A stretch of 20,000 bases of DNA, from positions 53,154 to 73,153 of the IMG/VR virus record IMGVR_UViG_3300017697_000015; one strand, written 5' to 3'. The notes beneath the pieces were generated by a model. That model had not been told where the DNA came from, ran no database searches, and was given only the letters and a program-made list of their open reading frames with translations. Source of the DNA: an uncultured virus (IMG/VR IMGVR_UViG_3300017697_000015) (lineage: Duplodnaviria; Heunggongvirae; Uroviricota; Caudoviricetes). Position numbers and translations under genes: made by a program. Below are positions 1-7,915 of the stretch, piece by piece. Positions within the stretch are counted from its first letter, which is position 1, and every line of letters starts with the position of its first letter.

Positions 1-23
1 GTGTATTCTTTTGTTTCGCTCAT
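1..23 (-). CDS. 5' end of a gene running off the window (MSETKEYT...), possibly the replicative helicase downstream of primase
   Basis: ATG at 23-21 preceded by TGGAAA and a sigma70 promoter at 52-80. The helicase identity is only a guess from primase adjacency. Confidence 0.4.
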
Positions 24-51
24 TTGGTTTTCCATTCAATTATCATGATGT

Positions 52-80
52 ATTATAACATACTGAATTGCTATTTGCAA
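52..80 (-). promoter_or_regulatory. sigma70-type promoter TTGCAA-N17-TATAAT
   Basis: -35 at 80-75, -10 at 57-52, 17-nt spacer, TG-n extended -10; overlaps the primase stop codon. Confidence 0.7.
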
Positions 81-1084
81 TACTTATTCATTATTACTTG
101 TATCTTTAGTGGATTGTGTATCGCACTATCTAGTATAGTCTGTATAGTGAATAATTCACCATATTTTAGTGCTGCATCTGCTGCGTCTTTACATTCATCC
201 CATTCTGGGAATGATACGTACCATCCGCGATTGATTGCTGTATCTACTAATGACTTACTTGCAGAATCAGCATCGGGTAATAATATAATTTTTTTCTTCA
301 AACTATCGATTATATTTCCTTGTTCGATATTTATATTATTTGAACCAACTGCTATTCCATCAGTGAAGTATGCATCCAGTTGTCCTTCTGTTACGATCAC
401 AATCTTTTTATTAGATTGCTTATCTAATCCATATACGAAATCTAGTTTTGGTTGCTTAGTGAAATATTTTGGTATTTCTTTAGTAATTGTTCCTACCCAT
501 CGTGCAGTGTATCCTACTATCACACCTTTATAAAAGAATACATGAATAAATCTATTCTTCATTCGTGCTGGTGACATAGATGGTGAATAATAGAAACGAG
601 AATCCATAGGATCTAATCCTCTTGACACCATGTATTCCAATACTCTCTCAAGTTCAGGAGTTACCTCGGTGTACTCGGATATAGGCTTCGCACCTTGCGG
701 CAATTCTACTGGTTCCCAATTGATCTCTACCGCATCATCGATTGATACTTTCTTTAAAAGAATAGTCTCAATATCGCGATCTTCAAGTAATCTTAATTGT
801 AATCGTTGAATATCACTTGAATCTGCACCAAATGCTGTATATAATGCTTTCAGACGGTCGTCTATTTTATTGTCTAGCGTGGGCCAGCCTGCTGTGAAAT
901 TACAGTTGAAGCAATTGTATTGAAAGGTATCTTGCTCTGGGAAATAGAAACCACCACGACCTTTTGTGTCGTGAGAATGACCCCTAGTAGCACATACAGG
1001 GCAATTACCAGAAACCCATCCAGACGGATTTATCTTCCAGTTAGGTGGTATATGCGCTCTTGTAAAATCTATTATTAATCTCAT
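71..1084 (-). CDS. DNA primase (T4 gp61/DnaG-like; Zn-binding domain + TOPRIM)
   Basis: N-terminal CPVC...CFNC Zn ribbon; TOPRIM motifs VIVTEGQLDA, LLPDAD, KDAADA. Start placed at 1084 (MRLIIDF) because the ATG at 1093 overlaps the promoter -10. Confidence 0.9.
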   Translation of the reverse strand: MRLIIDFTRAHIPPNWKINPSGWVSGNCPVCATRGHSHDTKGRGGFYFPEQDTFQYNCFNCNFTAGWPTLDNKIDDRLKALYTAFGADSSDIQRLQLRLLEDRDIETILLKKVSIDDAVEINWEPVELPQGAKPISEYTEVTPELERVLEYMVSRGLDPMDSRFYYSPSMSPARMKNRFIHVFFYKGVIVGYTARWVGTITKEIPKYFTKQPKLDFVYGLDKQSNKKIVIVTEGQLDAYFTDGIAVGSNNINIEQGNIIDSLKKKIILLPDADSASKSLVDTAINRGWYVSFPEWDECKDAADAALKYGELFTIQTILDSAIHNPLKIQVIMNKYCK

Positions 1085-1091
1085 GTTATAC

Positions 1092-1120
1092 ATTCTACAC
1101 GATTAATGTGATTTTGTCAA
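1092..1120 (-). promoter_or_regulatory. sigma70-type promoter TTGACA-N17-TAGAAT for primase
   Basis: -35 at 1120-1115, -10 at 1097-1092, 17-nt spacer. Confidence 0.8.
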
Positions 1121-1127
1121 TAGAATG

Positions 1128-1949
1128 TTACACTCTTATTACGATTTTATCCACAGTACCACTAAATGTATTATCAATCTTCGCTCTCATATATGACAAG
1201 TTAGATTGTACTGAAAACGGCTCAATACCAGTGAAATTATTGAACTCGTGATAATCAGCGAATGGTGACAAATCTAAATCAAACCAATCACTTGGTCCAG
1301 GTGACTGTGCAGTTGTTCCCTGCATATAAAAATCACCTGTGTAGTCAGTGCAATATACGCCAAATGTAATCAACCCATTTGGTTTATTATAGTAAGAAGG
1401 TCCTACAATAATTGAACTATAGTCAAATATACCTTCTGATGTAAATTCGGTTACGATTTGAGAAGTTAACGGTATTGCATGTGCTTCATCTGATATCTCT
1501 ACTGTGAAATTAGGGCGCATATTCTGATCTACATACATAGGCAATACAAGTCCTAGTTCATTAGTATATGTTAATACTAAATCACATAGACCAGTATCTA
1601 TATTTGATAAGTGAGATGCACGTACTACTAATTTCACACTACCTAGATCATAATCGGTAATTGTACATGTTGTACTTAATATCGTACTATTAGATTCCCT
1701 GTATACTAATGATGCATTAATATTCATATTAAATAATGAAATTGGTTTGCGATCTTGATTCTTTATGAAGAAATGCAACTCATTGTCAAGTCCCTTAAAT
1801 AATTTAAGACGATTGAAATTAACGGGCGCATTGATCGTTGTACCACGTGTACTATTGTATTGCGATGAACCTGTGGCTGTGCCGTGATCTTTTAATATGT
1901 ATAGATCACCAGATTGATTTATATTGTAACTTGTGCTGTAATTGCTCAT
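1128..1949 (-). CDS. putative virion structural protein (BppU N-terminal-like beta-sandwich followed by a second beta-rich domain)
   Basis: 273-aa ORF; pattern LFKGLDNELHFFIKNQDRKPISL...DYDLGSVKLVV...DTGLCDLVLTY resembles baseplate-upper N-domains; late motif CATAAATA upstream. Confidence 0.55.
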   Translation of the reverse strand: MSNYSTSYNINQSGDLYILKDHGTATGSSQYNSTRGTTINAPVNFNRLKLFKGLDNELHFFIKNQDRKPISLFNMNINASLVYRESNSTILSTTCTITDYDLGSVKLVVRASHLSNIDTGLCDLVLTYTNELGLVLPMYVDQNMRPNFTVEISDEAHAIPLTSQIVTEFTSEGIFDYSSIIVGPSYYNKPNGLITFGVYCTDYTGDFYMQGTTAQSPGPSDWFDLDLSPFADYHEFNNFTGIEPFSVQSNLSYMRAKIDNTFSGTVDKIVIRV

Positions 1950-1974
1950 TTTATAAGTCCCTGATTATATCTTG

Positions 1975-1982
1975 TATTTATG
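1975..1982 (-). promoter_or_regulatory. T4-like late promoter variant CATAAATA
   Basis: One mismatch to the T4 late consensus TATAAATA; 25 nt upstream of ATG 1949; same motif recurs upstream of other structural genes. Confidence 0.6.
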
Positions 1983-2005
1983 CAGAAATGATGAAAATAT
2001 TTTAG

Positions 2006-2013
2006 TATAAATA
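2006..2013 (+). promoter_or_regulatory. T4-like late promoter TATAAATA
   Basis: Exact T4 late consensus, 6 nt upstream of ATG 2020. Confidence 0.7.
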
Positions 2014-2019
2014 ATAGTA

Positions 2020-2391
2020 ATGCAAAAACAATATGAAGAATTACTCGACCAATATCCATTTCTGACAGTGCTATCTTACGCCGGCAACGAATATGTTGGT
2101 GTCATGCAGAACATTGACACTCAAATCGCAAGCATGTATATGTTTGAACGATTGGAATCAGTAGATGAAAAGCAATTATTTCTTATGCTAGGAGAAGAAT
2201 GGTGGTGGGAAACTAATAGACAGTTACCGATCAACATTGCCTTGATCAATAGGTGGCATTTTCAACACTGTATACAAAGTTTTAATGTAAAGCAAATGGA
2301 AATAATCGCTGGTCCCGAAGTTAGACTCAGCAATTCCATTACAAAAAGAATAAAACGTAGAAGTATTAATCTTATGAAAAAGAGTCTTTAA
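2020..2391 (+). CDS. hypothetical protein (only credible plus-strand gene)
   Basis: 123-aa ORF filling the gap between minus-strand genes, with own promoter motif; WWWETNRQLPINI motif, basic C-terminus. Confidence 0.8.
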   Translation: MQKQYEELLDQYPFLTVLSYAGNEYVGVMQNIDTQIASMYMFERLESVDEKQLFLMLGEEWWWETNRQLPINIALINRWHFQHCIQSFNVKQMEIIAGPEVRLSNSITKRIKRRSINLMKKSL

Positions 2392-2950
2392 CGATCTTGT
2401 TTAATTGCATAACCACTACCATTGCGTATGAGTGAGCGTGACTTTTCTTAAAGTAATAAGAATCATCTTCTGGCTTAACCCAAATGTCGTTCATCACAGT
2501 ATCCCAATCTTTGCCAATTAGGTGACTCTTTGCTGGTCGTATCATTGCCAATACTGCTGCCAATTGACCAACACTTTTAGGCTTCATTTGTTGAACAATT
2601 CCATAATGTGAATGTATATGGAAACATTTCTCAACAATTTCCCTATGCTCTAATAGATCCCACATGGGTTCCATTTCAAGTAATTCATCAAGTTCTGCTT
2701 TGTTATTGATATCATTATATACTGATACATTCAACAAATCCATTTTAAAGTAACCCATCTTTTCGGCATCTTTATGATCTATTGTCGCTAAACCATTATA
2801 TGGATTAGTAGGAATCTCATGAAAATATACACCTGTGTTGTGCTTTTTTTCAGTATGTTCTCGCTTTATCATTGCAGGCGTATTTTCAATTAGAGCAAGT
2901 AATTTATCTCTATTCGCAATATCTATGTCAATATCTGTATTAACTATCAT
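2372..2950 (-). CDS. miniature DNA polymerase III alpha (DnaE, family C)-like protein
   Basis: Colinear DnaE motifs in 192 aa: TDIDID (PDxDxD), KHNTGVY (HAAGVV), GYFKMDLLN (GLVKFDFLG), LAMIRPA (ALYRPG), YYFKKSHAHSYA (YGFNKSHSAAYA). Confidence 0.8.
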   Translation of the reverse strand: MIVNTDIDIDIANRDKLLALIENTPAMIKREHTEKKHNTGVYFHEIPTNPYNGLATIDHKDAEKMGYFKMDLLNVSVYNDINNKAELDELLEMEPMWDLLEHREIVEKCFHIHSHYGIVQQMKPKSVGQLAAVLAMIRPAKSHLIGKDWDTVMNDIWVKPEDDSYYFKKSHAHSYAMVVVMQLNKIVKDSFS

Positions 2951-2956
2951 ACTAAT

Positions 2957-3649
2957 TTATCCTATACTCGCTTGTTTCAAAATAGTTTCTACCCATTGTA
3001 AATCTTTAACTTCATTTTTACGCTTTAATCGTATCTGCCAATATTGAGGATCAATATAATCTACAATCATTTCAATCTGTTTATTATTCAACATATCCAA
3101 TAATCCCTGTGCATCATTACTTGCATATATAACCCAAGGACTGATTCTACCAGAACATATATGAAAAACTGCTAGACTAGGCGCTACTGTTTTGAAATAT
3201 GTATTCCAATCACTTTCTCTATCTTCTGCCCAATCTTGCATTGCTAGTATTGTTCGCTCGACTGCTCTATCAACACTCTCAACTTTCAATCGCTCTTTTA
3301 CCCACCCACTAAATCTCGCATCATGTGTCCAGTGATCTAGTTTTACTTGATTCTTTAGTAACCAAGTGGTGAATCCAATTACATCATCTATCTTAACCTC
3401 AATGCAATATTTGCCAAACTTTATGAACGCACCATAATACGAACTTTTTGCAAATTCGGTATAAGATTTGTCTTTCTTTGAATTTGTCCCAATACGATAA
3501 AATAACTGATATGCACGATATCCTAATTGAACATCTTTATCTGTCTCTTGCATATGTCGTTTTTTCTGTACACATAGATGTACGATAAGCGTGTTTTCAC
3601 GCTTAAAGTCTTTATTGCAGTATTCACATTTATACGATTTTTGTTGCAT
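2957..3649 (-). CDS. Zn-finger protein, possibly a gp59-like helicase loader
   Basis: N-terminal YKCEYCNKDFKRENTLIVHLC (C2H2/C2HC-like finger); remainder helical with pattern similarity by eye to T4 gp59. Confidence 0.6.
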   Translation of the reverse strand: MQQKSYKCEYCNKDFKRENTLIVHLCVQKKRHMQETDKDVQLGYRAYQLFYRIGTNSKKDKSYTEFAKSSYYGAFIKFGKYCIEVKIDDVIGFTTWLLKNQVKLDHWTHDARFSGWVKERLKVESVDRAVERTILAMQDWAEDRESDWNTYFKTVAPSLAVFHICSGRISPWVIYASNDAQGLLDMLNNKQIEMIVDYIDPQYWQIRLKRKNEVKDLQWVETILKQASIG

Positions 3650-3669
3650 AATTTATAAACTTGTTATTC

Positions 3670-4128
3670 TCATTTAAGAAGAGCAGTTGTTTCTTTTTTA
3701 CTTAATCCAAAATCAAATAGCAATTCTCTTAGATCATTCTTGTCATGCATACCAATAAACAATTCTACTTCATCATCGTTTAAATTAGGGTAGTTTTCTT
3801 TAATGAATTTAAATATCTTCGTATCTGTTCCCTTCTTGCCAGGAGAAATCCACTCATGATATTGACTAGTTCCTAATGACAACGCTTGTAATAACTGAAA
3901 CTGTAACTTGGGATGATGTCTAAGAGTATTAAAGTGAATATTTACTAATTCGTTTGTCCACTCTAAATAATGCTCTGCCAATTTACCTTTACATGAACTT
4001 ATGAACCGTTGCTGTGTCCACATATTCTTATTATATTTCACAGTCTCTTCATCAGTTAGACTATCATACCAATTGCGATCACGTGTATCAATTGCACGCA
4101 TCTCATTTTTAATATTTAATTTACTCAT
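3670..4128 (-). CDS. putative clamp loader small subunit (T4 gp62-like)
   Basis: QRFIS...NELVN...HPKLQFQLL...EWISPGKK...IKENYP follows the recalled gp62-family pattern; size and replication context fit. Confidence 0.6.
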   Translation of the reverse strand: MSKLNIKNEMRAIDTRDRNWYDSLTDEETVKYNKNMWTQQRFISSCKGKLAEHYLEWTNELVNIHFNTLRHHPKLQFQLLQALSLGTSQYHEWISPGKKGTDTKIFKFIKENYPNLNDDEVELFIGMHDKNDLRELLFDFGLSKKETTALLK

Positions 4129-4130
4129 AT

Positions 4131-4850
4131 TTAAAACACTATTTTCAATTCTAGGGGTTGCTTTTTATCTTCTTTAACTATGATTGCTTCTTTTATTATA
4201 CACGTAGATACGTCAAATGACAACCTAAACATCATCAAAGCACTAATATCATTAGTATATATTTTTACATCATCATAATAAGCAGTGGTCATACTATTTG
4301 GCATTGTGTCTTTTAACCATTTTCTCATATCAAGCATACGTTTATGTGATTCAGGATTACTCCTACTCCATTGATATTGATGCTGAGGCTGCTTAACTGT
4401 AATAGCATTCATTCGAATAGTTACACTGTATACATACTTATCATAGTAGTTCTGCTTTCTTATAATCTGCGTTATTTCTTTGTTATTAAGCAACTCTCTA
4501 TGTGCTTCATCTTTTGGGGACTTTACTTGCACTATATCAAAAAGATTAGTATTTTTATCTGTGACATGCAATAAGAACTTAACTGCTTCGTCATTAAACA
4601 TATTAAAGTATACGCGCAGTGTGCATCCATTCATACGATAATAATAATTATCCCCAATCACTATTTTTACATCAGTTGTATTATTTTTGATAATTGGTTT
4701 AAGTGCCATTAGTCTTCGATGAGTACTCATGTGAGAATCAGATAATTTAGTCGTGCATATATACATACATGAGTCATAACCATAACACAATTTAGTAGTC
4801 ATGTCCCACATATCGTGTTTCACTATTCTTACATGATGATCTTGAGTCAT
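4131..4850 (-). CDS. hypothetical protein
   Basis: 239-aa ORF tightly packed in the operon, SD-like AGGA upstream. Confidence 0.75.
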   Translation of the reverse strand: MTQDHHVRIVKHDMWDMTTKLCYGYDSCMYICTTKLSDSHMSTHRRLMALKPIIKNNTTDVKIVIGDNYYYRMNGCTLRVYFNMFNDEAVKFLLHVTDKNTNLFDIVQVKSPKDEAHRELLNNKEITQIIRKQNYYDKYVYSVTIRMNAITVKQPQHQYQWSRSNPESHKRMLDMRKWLKDTMPNSMTTAYYDDVKIYTNDISALMMFRLSFDVSTCIIKEAIIVKEDKKQPLELKIVF

Positions 4851-4859
4851 AATTTATTC

Positions 4860-5360
4860 CTAAATCAACTCACTAATGTCTAATACTTCTGGTATCTTAT
4901 TTACTTCTTTTATAAGATAGATACATTCTGGATTATCACCATCACACAATGGTACTGACAGAATATGACCAAACTTCAGTTTTGGGGCATGCCATTTTAC
5001 ATCTGTAAACACATTAACAATATTCACATCAAGATATTTTGGGCTATAGCCAGTCATTGGGTTCATCGCAATTGTAGTGAAACCTCTATCATTTAATCCC
5101 ATCAAACTAATTACTTCAGGATTTCCTACTTCTGGGTCGCAAATAACAATACTCCAATCCAAAGGTACATTGATCGTATATTCACCAACTTGCAACACTG
5201 CTGCGGGACTATAAAAACTTTCTAAAAAAATTAATGGAATAAAATAATAATCCACGTTCTTTGGGTCACTATAATCTAATACGCCATATCGTAGATCATC
5301 TACTAATTCAGGCACATCATCCAATTCGTAGGTGCGATTTTCCACCGTGAGTATTTTCAT
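4860..5360 (-). CDS. hypothetical protein, possible degenerate Hint (intein-like) fold
   Basis: 166-aa ORF with SD AAGGA and own promoter; beta-strand pattern parallels Hint domains but without splicing residues. Confidence 0.7.
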   Translation of the reverse strand: MKILTVENRTYELDDVPELVDDLRYGVLDYSDPKNVDYYFIPLIFLESFYSPAAVLQVGEYTINVPLDWSIVICDPEVGNPEVISLMGLNDRGFTTIAMNPMTGYSPKYLDVNIVNVFTDVKWHAPKLKFGHILSVPLCDGDNPECIYLIKEVNKIPEVLDISELI

Positions 5361-5389
5361 AATTTGGTTCCTTATTATTAATGTAATAC

Positions 5390-5418
5390 ATTATATCACA
5401 TTATATCATACGAGTCAA
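5390..5418 (-). promoter_or_regulatory. sigma70-type promoter TTGACT-N17-TATAAT driving the 5360-2372 operon
   Basis: -35 at 5418-5413, -10 at 5395-5390, TG-n extension; a second TATAAT lies in the spacer as part of a 10-bp tandem repeat. Confidence 0.8.
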
Positions 5419-5424
5419 TAGGTT

Positions 5425-6882
5425 TTACTTGTAATCTACTTTCTCTATTGAAAAAGGATAATTTGCTTCTTTATAAAATTTCTTACGTTCAGTCAAATGA
5501 CGCTTACTAAACTTTGCTGTACTCGTGAAATCATATATCTCTACAAAGTCCTTATCATCTGCTCTACGAACACCACGTCCAATTGATTGTATTACACGCA
5601 CAAAACTCTTACCAGGCTCAATCAATACCATGTTAAATATGCGTGGGATGTTTAATCCAACTGCTGCTACACCATATGTCGCAATAGTAATACTATTAGT
5701 CGCTTCATTAATTTCATCGTATGTGTCTTTACGATCTGTAGACTTCATTGCTCCCTTAACGAAAGTAGTATCACCGCCAATATGATCAACTAACATTTCG
5801 CCTGCTTTAATGCGATCAACCAATACCAGAGTATTACCAGATTGTGATATTGTCTTTATTAAATCACCCATGTAACTAATACGATGTGCATTCGTTGTCA
5901 AAAATGTCAATTCACTTTGATAATTAGTATAGTCAGTGATTTCTTTCATTTGTACAATATTAACATGACAATTACTTAGTACACCCATGTCTTGTAATTC
6001 TGATGCTGCTAAACGATTTACTACATTGCCCAAACTAACTTGCAATGTCATTTGTTCGTTTTCTGCTTTTGGTATTGTACCTGTCAATCCCCATCGTAGA
6101 GGTACATTAGCAAATTCCTTAGTAAGCATATCTTTTAGTACATCCGCCTTTGCTTGGTGAACTTCGTCTACTATGATACAGACTACATCCTCTGCAAAGT
6201 CTTGCAATCCCCAATCTTGCTCACCATTCTTGAATCGTTTACGAATTACGTTAAGACTCTGCCATGTACAAATTGTATGAGTTCGTCCAAATTCTTTTTT
6301 ATCACCAAAGTACACACCAACATCAAGTCCAAGATTAATATAATCTGCGCATGTTTGATTCACCAAATCTTTATTTGGGACAATAACAATAGAACGACCA
6401 TACTTCTCTGCTTTATAACTTAACGCTGCTGTAATCAATGTTTTACCAGCACCCGTTGCAATCTCTTGTAGACACTGAGGAGTTTCTACAAACTTGTTGA
6501 CAATGTCAATTTGATAATCACGTAGTGTTACAGGATGTCCTTCAAATCGATGCTTTGCGGGCCATACTTTATGTTGAAACGTAGATTCATCTACCAAATC
6601 AAACTCAAATTTATTATGAGTTCTAAGATCATCCAATTCAATCTGATAACCATCTTCGATGATAATAGGAATCGCTGTCTCTAATAGACTGACAAATGTA
6701 ATACCACCGATGGTAAAATATCGTTCACACCCATCCCATCTACCTAATTTATAGGAAGGAACATGTCGCGCATAAGGCAAGAAAAACTTAAACTTTGCCT
6801 CTAGTTTTTTTCTAGTGGTAAGTTCAAGTCCTTCTATCTTTGCATTGACTTCGTCTTTCAATATAATTGTTGCAGTTTTAAT
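5425..6882 (-). CDS. uvsW: UvsW-like SF2 DNA helicase
   Basis: Walker A IATGAGKT, DEVH, GLTGT, QSIGRGVR, N-terminal YKLGRWDG. Start extended from TTG 6861 to ATT 6882 on the basis of SD GGAGA at 6893-6889. Confidence 0.9.
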   Translation of the reverse strand: MKTATIILKDEVNAKIEGLELTTRKKLEAKFKFFLPYARHVPSYKLGRWDGCERYFTIGGITFVSLLETAIPIIIEDGYQIELDDLRTHNKFEFDLVDESTFQHKVWPAKHRFEGHPVTLRDYQIDIVNKFVETPQCLQEIATGAGKTLITAALSYKAEKYGRSIVIVPNKDLVNQTCADYINLGLDVGVYFGDKKEFGRTHTICTWQSLNVIRKRFKNGEQDWGLQDFAEDVVCIIVDEVHQAKADVLKDMLTKEFANVPLRWGLTGTIPKAENEQMTLQVSLGNVVNRLAASELQDMGVLSNCHVNIVQMKEITDYTNYQSELTFLTTNAHRISYMGDLIKTISQSGNTLVLVDRIKAGEMLVDHIGGDTTFVKGAMKSTDRKDTYDEINEATNSITIATYGVAAVGLNIPRIFNMVLIEPGKSFVRVIQSIGRGVRRADDKDFVEIYDFTSTAKFSKRHLTERKKFYKEANYPFSIEKVDYK

Positions 6883-6917
6883 TGTTGTTCTCCAATTTGT
6901 TTTTACTTATTCTAACG

Positions 6918-6943
6918 AAAGACCCAGGATTCCTGGGTCCTTT
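6918..6943 (-). terminator. hairpin, probable intrinsic terminator after the AAA ATPase gene
   Basis: GACCCAGG-AAT-CCTGGGTC followed by TTTCGTT on the minus strand. Confidence 0.6.
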
Positions 6944-6961
6944 ATAACAGTCAATAAACTA

Positions 6962-7846
6962 TTATGCAGTTGATCGCATACAGGTGATTTCTGCCATACG
7001 CTGCCATTTGTCACTTTTGGTTTTACGCAAGTCTGCAATTTTACATACCATACGTAGACTAATCTCGCGCATACGATCTTTGTTATTATCTACAAAGTCA
7101 ACAATTTCGTGTTGCTCTGCTTCTGAAAAACCATACTCTTCTAGCATACCATCCTTAACAACTTGACGGCAACGCAATAGACGCTCACGTGTACTGTTCA
7201 TAGTCAGATCAAGATAGTGACAACGCGACATAATTGCATCTAAGTGATCTTTGATCTTACCACGTACTTTGTCAAATTTCAAGTTAGTAATGAAAATTAC
7301 AGATCCTTTAAATTCAAATGACTCAGGAATTCCTTCACGACGGAGTGCTGAACTTTCAGTGTTCCAAGAAATCCTACGCTTCTTAGAACTATCTAACGCT
7401 GCTTTTAATAGGTTTAATGACAATTCATCATACAACACCGAATCACAATCGTCTAATACAAGTACATTGTTAGCATCAGCATAACGATATAACAACTTAT
7501 ATAAACCGATTGCAGAAGCAGCGCCTTTCTCAATGCCAAATCGCGATACTGCACCACGTAACTTATCAAACAATGAATTCTTTTCAATAACATTCTCAAC
7601 ACCGAATGACTTACCAACTCCAGGAGGACCTGTTACTACCATTCCGCGAATATCACCATCTACTGACATTTGAGTCATTTCATCTAAGATACTGAATCGT
7701 TCACGTAGACGCTCAACAATCTCATTATCAGTTTCAGTAGTAACCGACTCAGTAGTATCTACTTCAATGATAGATGCTGCTGCGTTCTTACGAGGACGAC
7801 CTGCTTTGCGTTTTGTAGTGGTTAATTTGATTGTTTGAGTAGTCAT
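6962..7846 (-). CDS. AAA+ ATPase
   Basis: Walker A GPPGVGKS, Walker B LVLDDCD, sensor-1 VIFITN, arginine finger SRC; basic N-terminal KRKAGRPRK. Confidence 0.85.
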   Translation of the reverse strand: MTTQTIKLTTTKRKAGRPRKNAAASIIEVDTTESVTTETDNEIVERLRERFSILDEMTQMSVDGDIRGMVVTGPPGVGKSFGVENVIEKNSLFDKLRGAVSRFGIEKGAASAIGLYKLLYRYADANNVLVLDDCDSVLYDELSLNLLKAALDSSKKRRISWNTESSALRREGIPESFEFKGSVIFITNLKFDKVRGKIKDHLDAIMSRCHYLDLTMNSTRERLLRCRQVVKDGMLEEYGFSEAEQHEIVDFVDNNKDRMREISLRMVCKIADLRKTKSDKWQRMAEITCMRSTA

Positions 7847-7882
7847 GTTTTAGATTCCTATCTAATTAATTAATGAAGTTCT

Positions 7883-7912
7883 ATTATACAGTAAGATGTA
7901 TTGGTTTGTCAA
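7883..7912 (-). promoter_or_regulatory. sigma70-type promoter TTGACA-N18-TATAAT
   Basis: Perfect hexamers at 7912-7907 and 7888-7883; SD AGGA before ATG 7846. Confidence 0.8.
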
Positions 7913-7915
7913 GGG

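Noticed and set aside
24..533. 169-aa plus-strand ORF and the other short plus-strand ORFs (2835, 4371, 5525, 6154, 6984, 7251, 9704, 10428, 11046, 11778, 12135, 13124, 17267)
   Set aside because: Antisense shadows of well-supported minus-strand genes; no SD or recognisable motifs.
2372..2950. dnaE pseudogene or split-intein dnaE half
   Set aside because: ORF is intact with SD, catalytic motifs are preserved across internal deletions, there is no intein sequence at either end and neighbours carry no other DnaE parts.
6909..6954. sigma70 promoter for uvsW (TTGACT...TAGAAT)
   Set aside because: Hexamers are about 34 nt apart, separated by the hairpin; spacing is incompatible.
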